From assembly GCF_030144855.1 (NCBI RefSeq), contig NC_082717.1:109492001-109556000 (forward strand): DNA of 64,000 bases, given 5' to 3'. A program made the translations under genes and the position numbers. Source of the DNA: Hypanus sabinus. Its lineage: Eukaryota. The notes under the pieces were generated by a model. The model had not been told where the DNA came from and made no database searches. It saw nothing but the letters and a program-made list of their open reading frames with translations. Shown piece by piece: positions 62,801-64,000 of the stretch. Every line of letters starts with the position of its first letter. The stretch's first letter is position 1.

Positions 62801-64000
62801 TTCAGCTCTTTAACAAAGGAAATTCAATACTTCAGTTCTTCAGCTTTTCAACAGGAGCAAGGGTTGAATAATTCAGGCAAACACCATTAGAGATCTCTCT
62901 ATCCAACTCAGTTGGACACAACAATGTTGACCACCTCAGAACTGTGTTTCAAGTCTAAATACACAGGGTGAAATAATAAAAAAGATTGTTATTTGCCTCA
63001 AGCTCCTCCAGGCCGGTGCTTCCAATTTCTCAGACACATCCGAGTGCTGATGTTCATTTGGTATCATTGTCACAATCTCTGCTGACAAAATGTAGTGACA
63101 AAACTGACCTAAAGTGCAAACCAAACAGTTGCTACTACCCTGCGACCGACACAGGGTTGTTACACATGACACGGCCCTCAGCTCCTGTGAAATGATTGTT
63201 CCAAAAAGTCAAATTTCTTATTTCGATCCTTTATTAGCAAGTGTACAATCTTGAAACGAAAGTGGTCAGCGAAGATACGACCTCTTTGGGTCCCAGGCGA
63301 CAATCTGCCATGAAGTAATCGAGTACTTGGCTTATTCCCTTCACTTCTACCACGACCTCTATAAGGAGACTAGCTACTGTAACAAACACACAACACAATA
63401 CGTGGCTCCTTCAGTCCTCTTGGAGGAGATAAGGCGATGTTCACTGTCTTTTACCCAATTTAAGGGAATCTAAAATGAAAGGGCACCGTTTGATGGTGAG
63501 AGAGGAAAGATTTATAAGGGACATGCTTTTTTTTAAAGATAAATTGGTGGATATGTGGAATGAGCTGCCAGAGACAAGTATAGTTATGATGTTTAAAAGA
63601 TACTTGGACATGTAGAAAGAGAAAGAATCATATAGTCTGGATAGAGGCTCTTGGGCCCAACTGGACCATATCAGCAGGGGCCCACCTAAACAAGTCCCAT
63701 TTGTGCATGTTAACTATACTGGAAACCACTTTTTAAAAATAGTATGTTTTATAAGATTTGTCCTTCCTAACAAACTCAGGTACTTTTCACAGTATGTGGT
63801 GGTTCATCCCCAGTCATTGGCAGAAAGCGGTACAGCATCTAAACTAACGGTGTATCACCTTTCTCTTTTTTCATTGGCTAAGTATTAGCACGTTACCCAC
63901 GTGATGTAATTGTTTTAATTGTGTAGCCTATTAACTAGTTTATTTCTATCTAAGCGATTTTCCTTATTTTTCAGAGGTGCCATCTTTTGTCTTCACATTC

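Noticed and set aside
63961-64000. Possible acceptor ttttcag| for exon 2 of the downstream gene
   Set aside because: The phase-1 translation EVPSFVFTF does not resemble KRTCAP3/TMEM54 and only ~26 nt are visible.

Overview
Eukaryotic (vertebrate) genomic DNA. The repeat complement (CR1, Rex1/Babar-type LINEs, Penelope-like repeats, Tc1, tRNA-SINEs) suggests a cartilaginous fish, possibly a ray; this is inference. The window holds the last 11 coding exons of the pseudokinase gene NRBP1 on the + strand (15694-33614), assembled by hand with GT-AG sites and consistent phases, followed by a largely TE-free 3' UTR. A CpG-rich promoter with ETS and CRE motifs (~51100-51530) carries a short first coding exon (MCGF-), most likely KRTCAP3. 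Its presumed first intron contains two large tandem arrays: a ~5.7 kb 50/53-bp hairpin-bearing minisatellite and a ~1.9 kb 44-bp array amplified out of a LINE coding sequence. The rest is degraded transposons, including an antisense ERV-like LTR plus gag remnant and a BEL/Pao remnant. Nearly all ORFs in the supplied track are TE fragments or repeat artefacts. I found no convincing novel protein-coding system. The best leads are non-coding: the LINE-born satellite, the promoter-proximal hairpin VNTR, tandem-duplicated splice donors in NRBP1, decayed Penelope hammerhead ribozymes, a structured RTE-derived element, and an unexplained old ~290-bp duplication. All coordinates and identities were read by eye.
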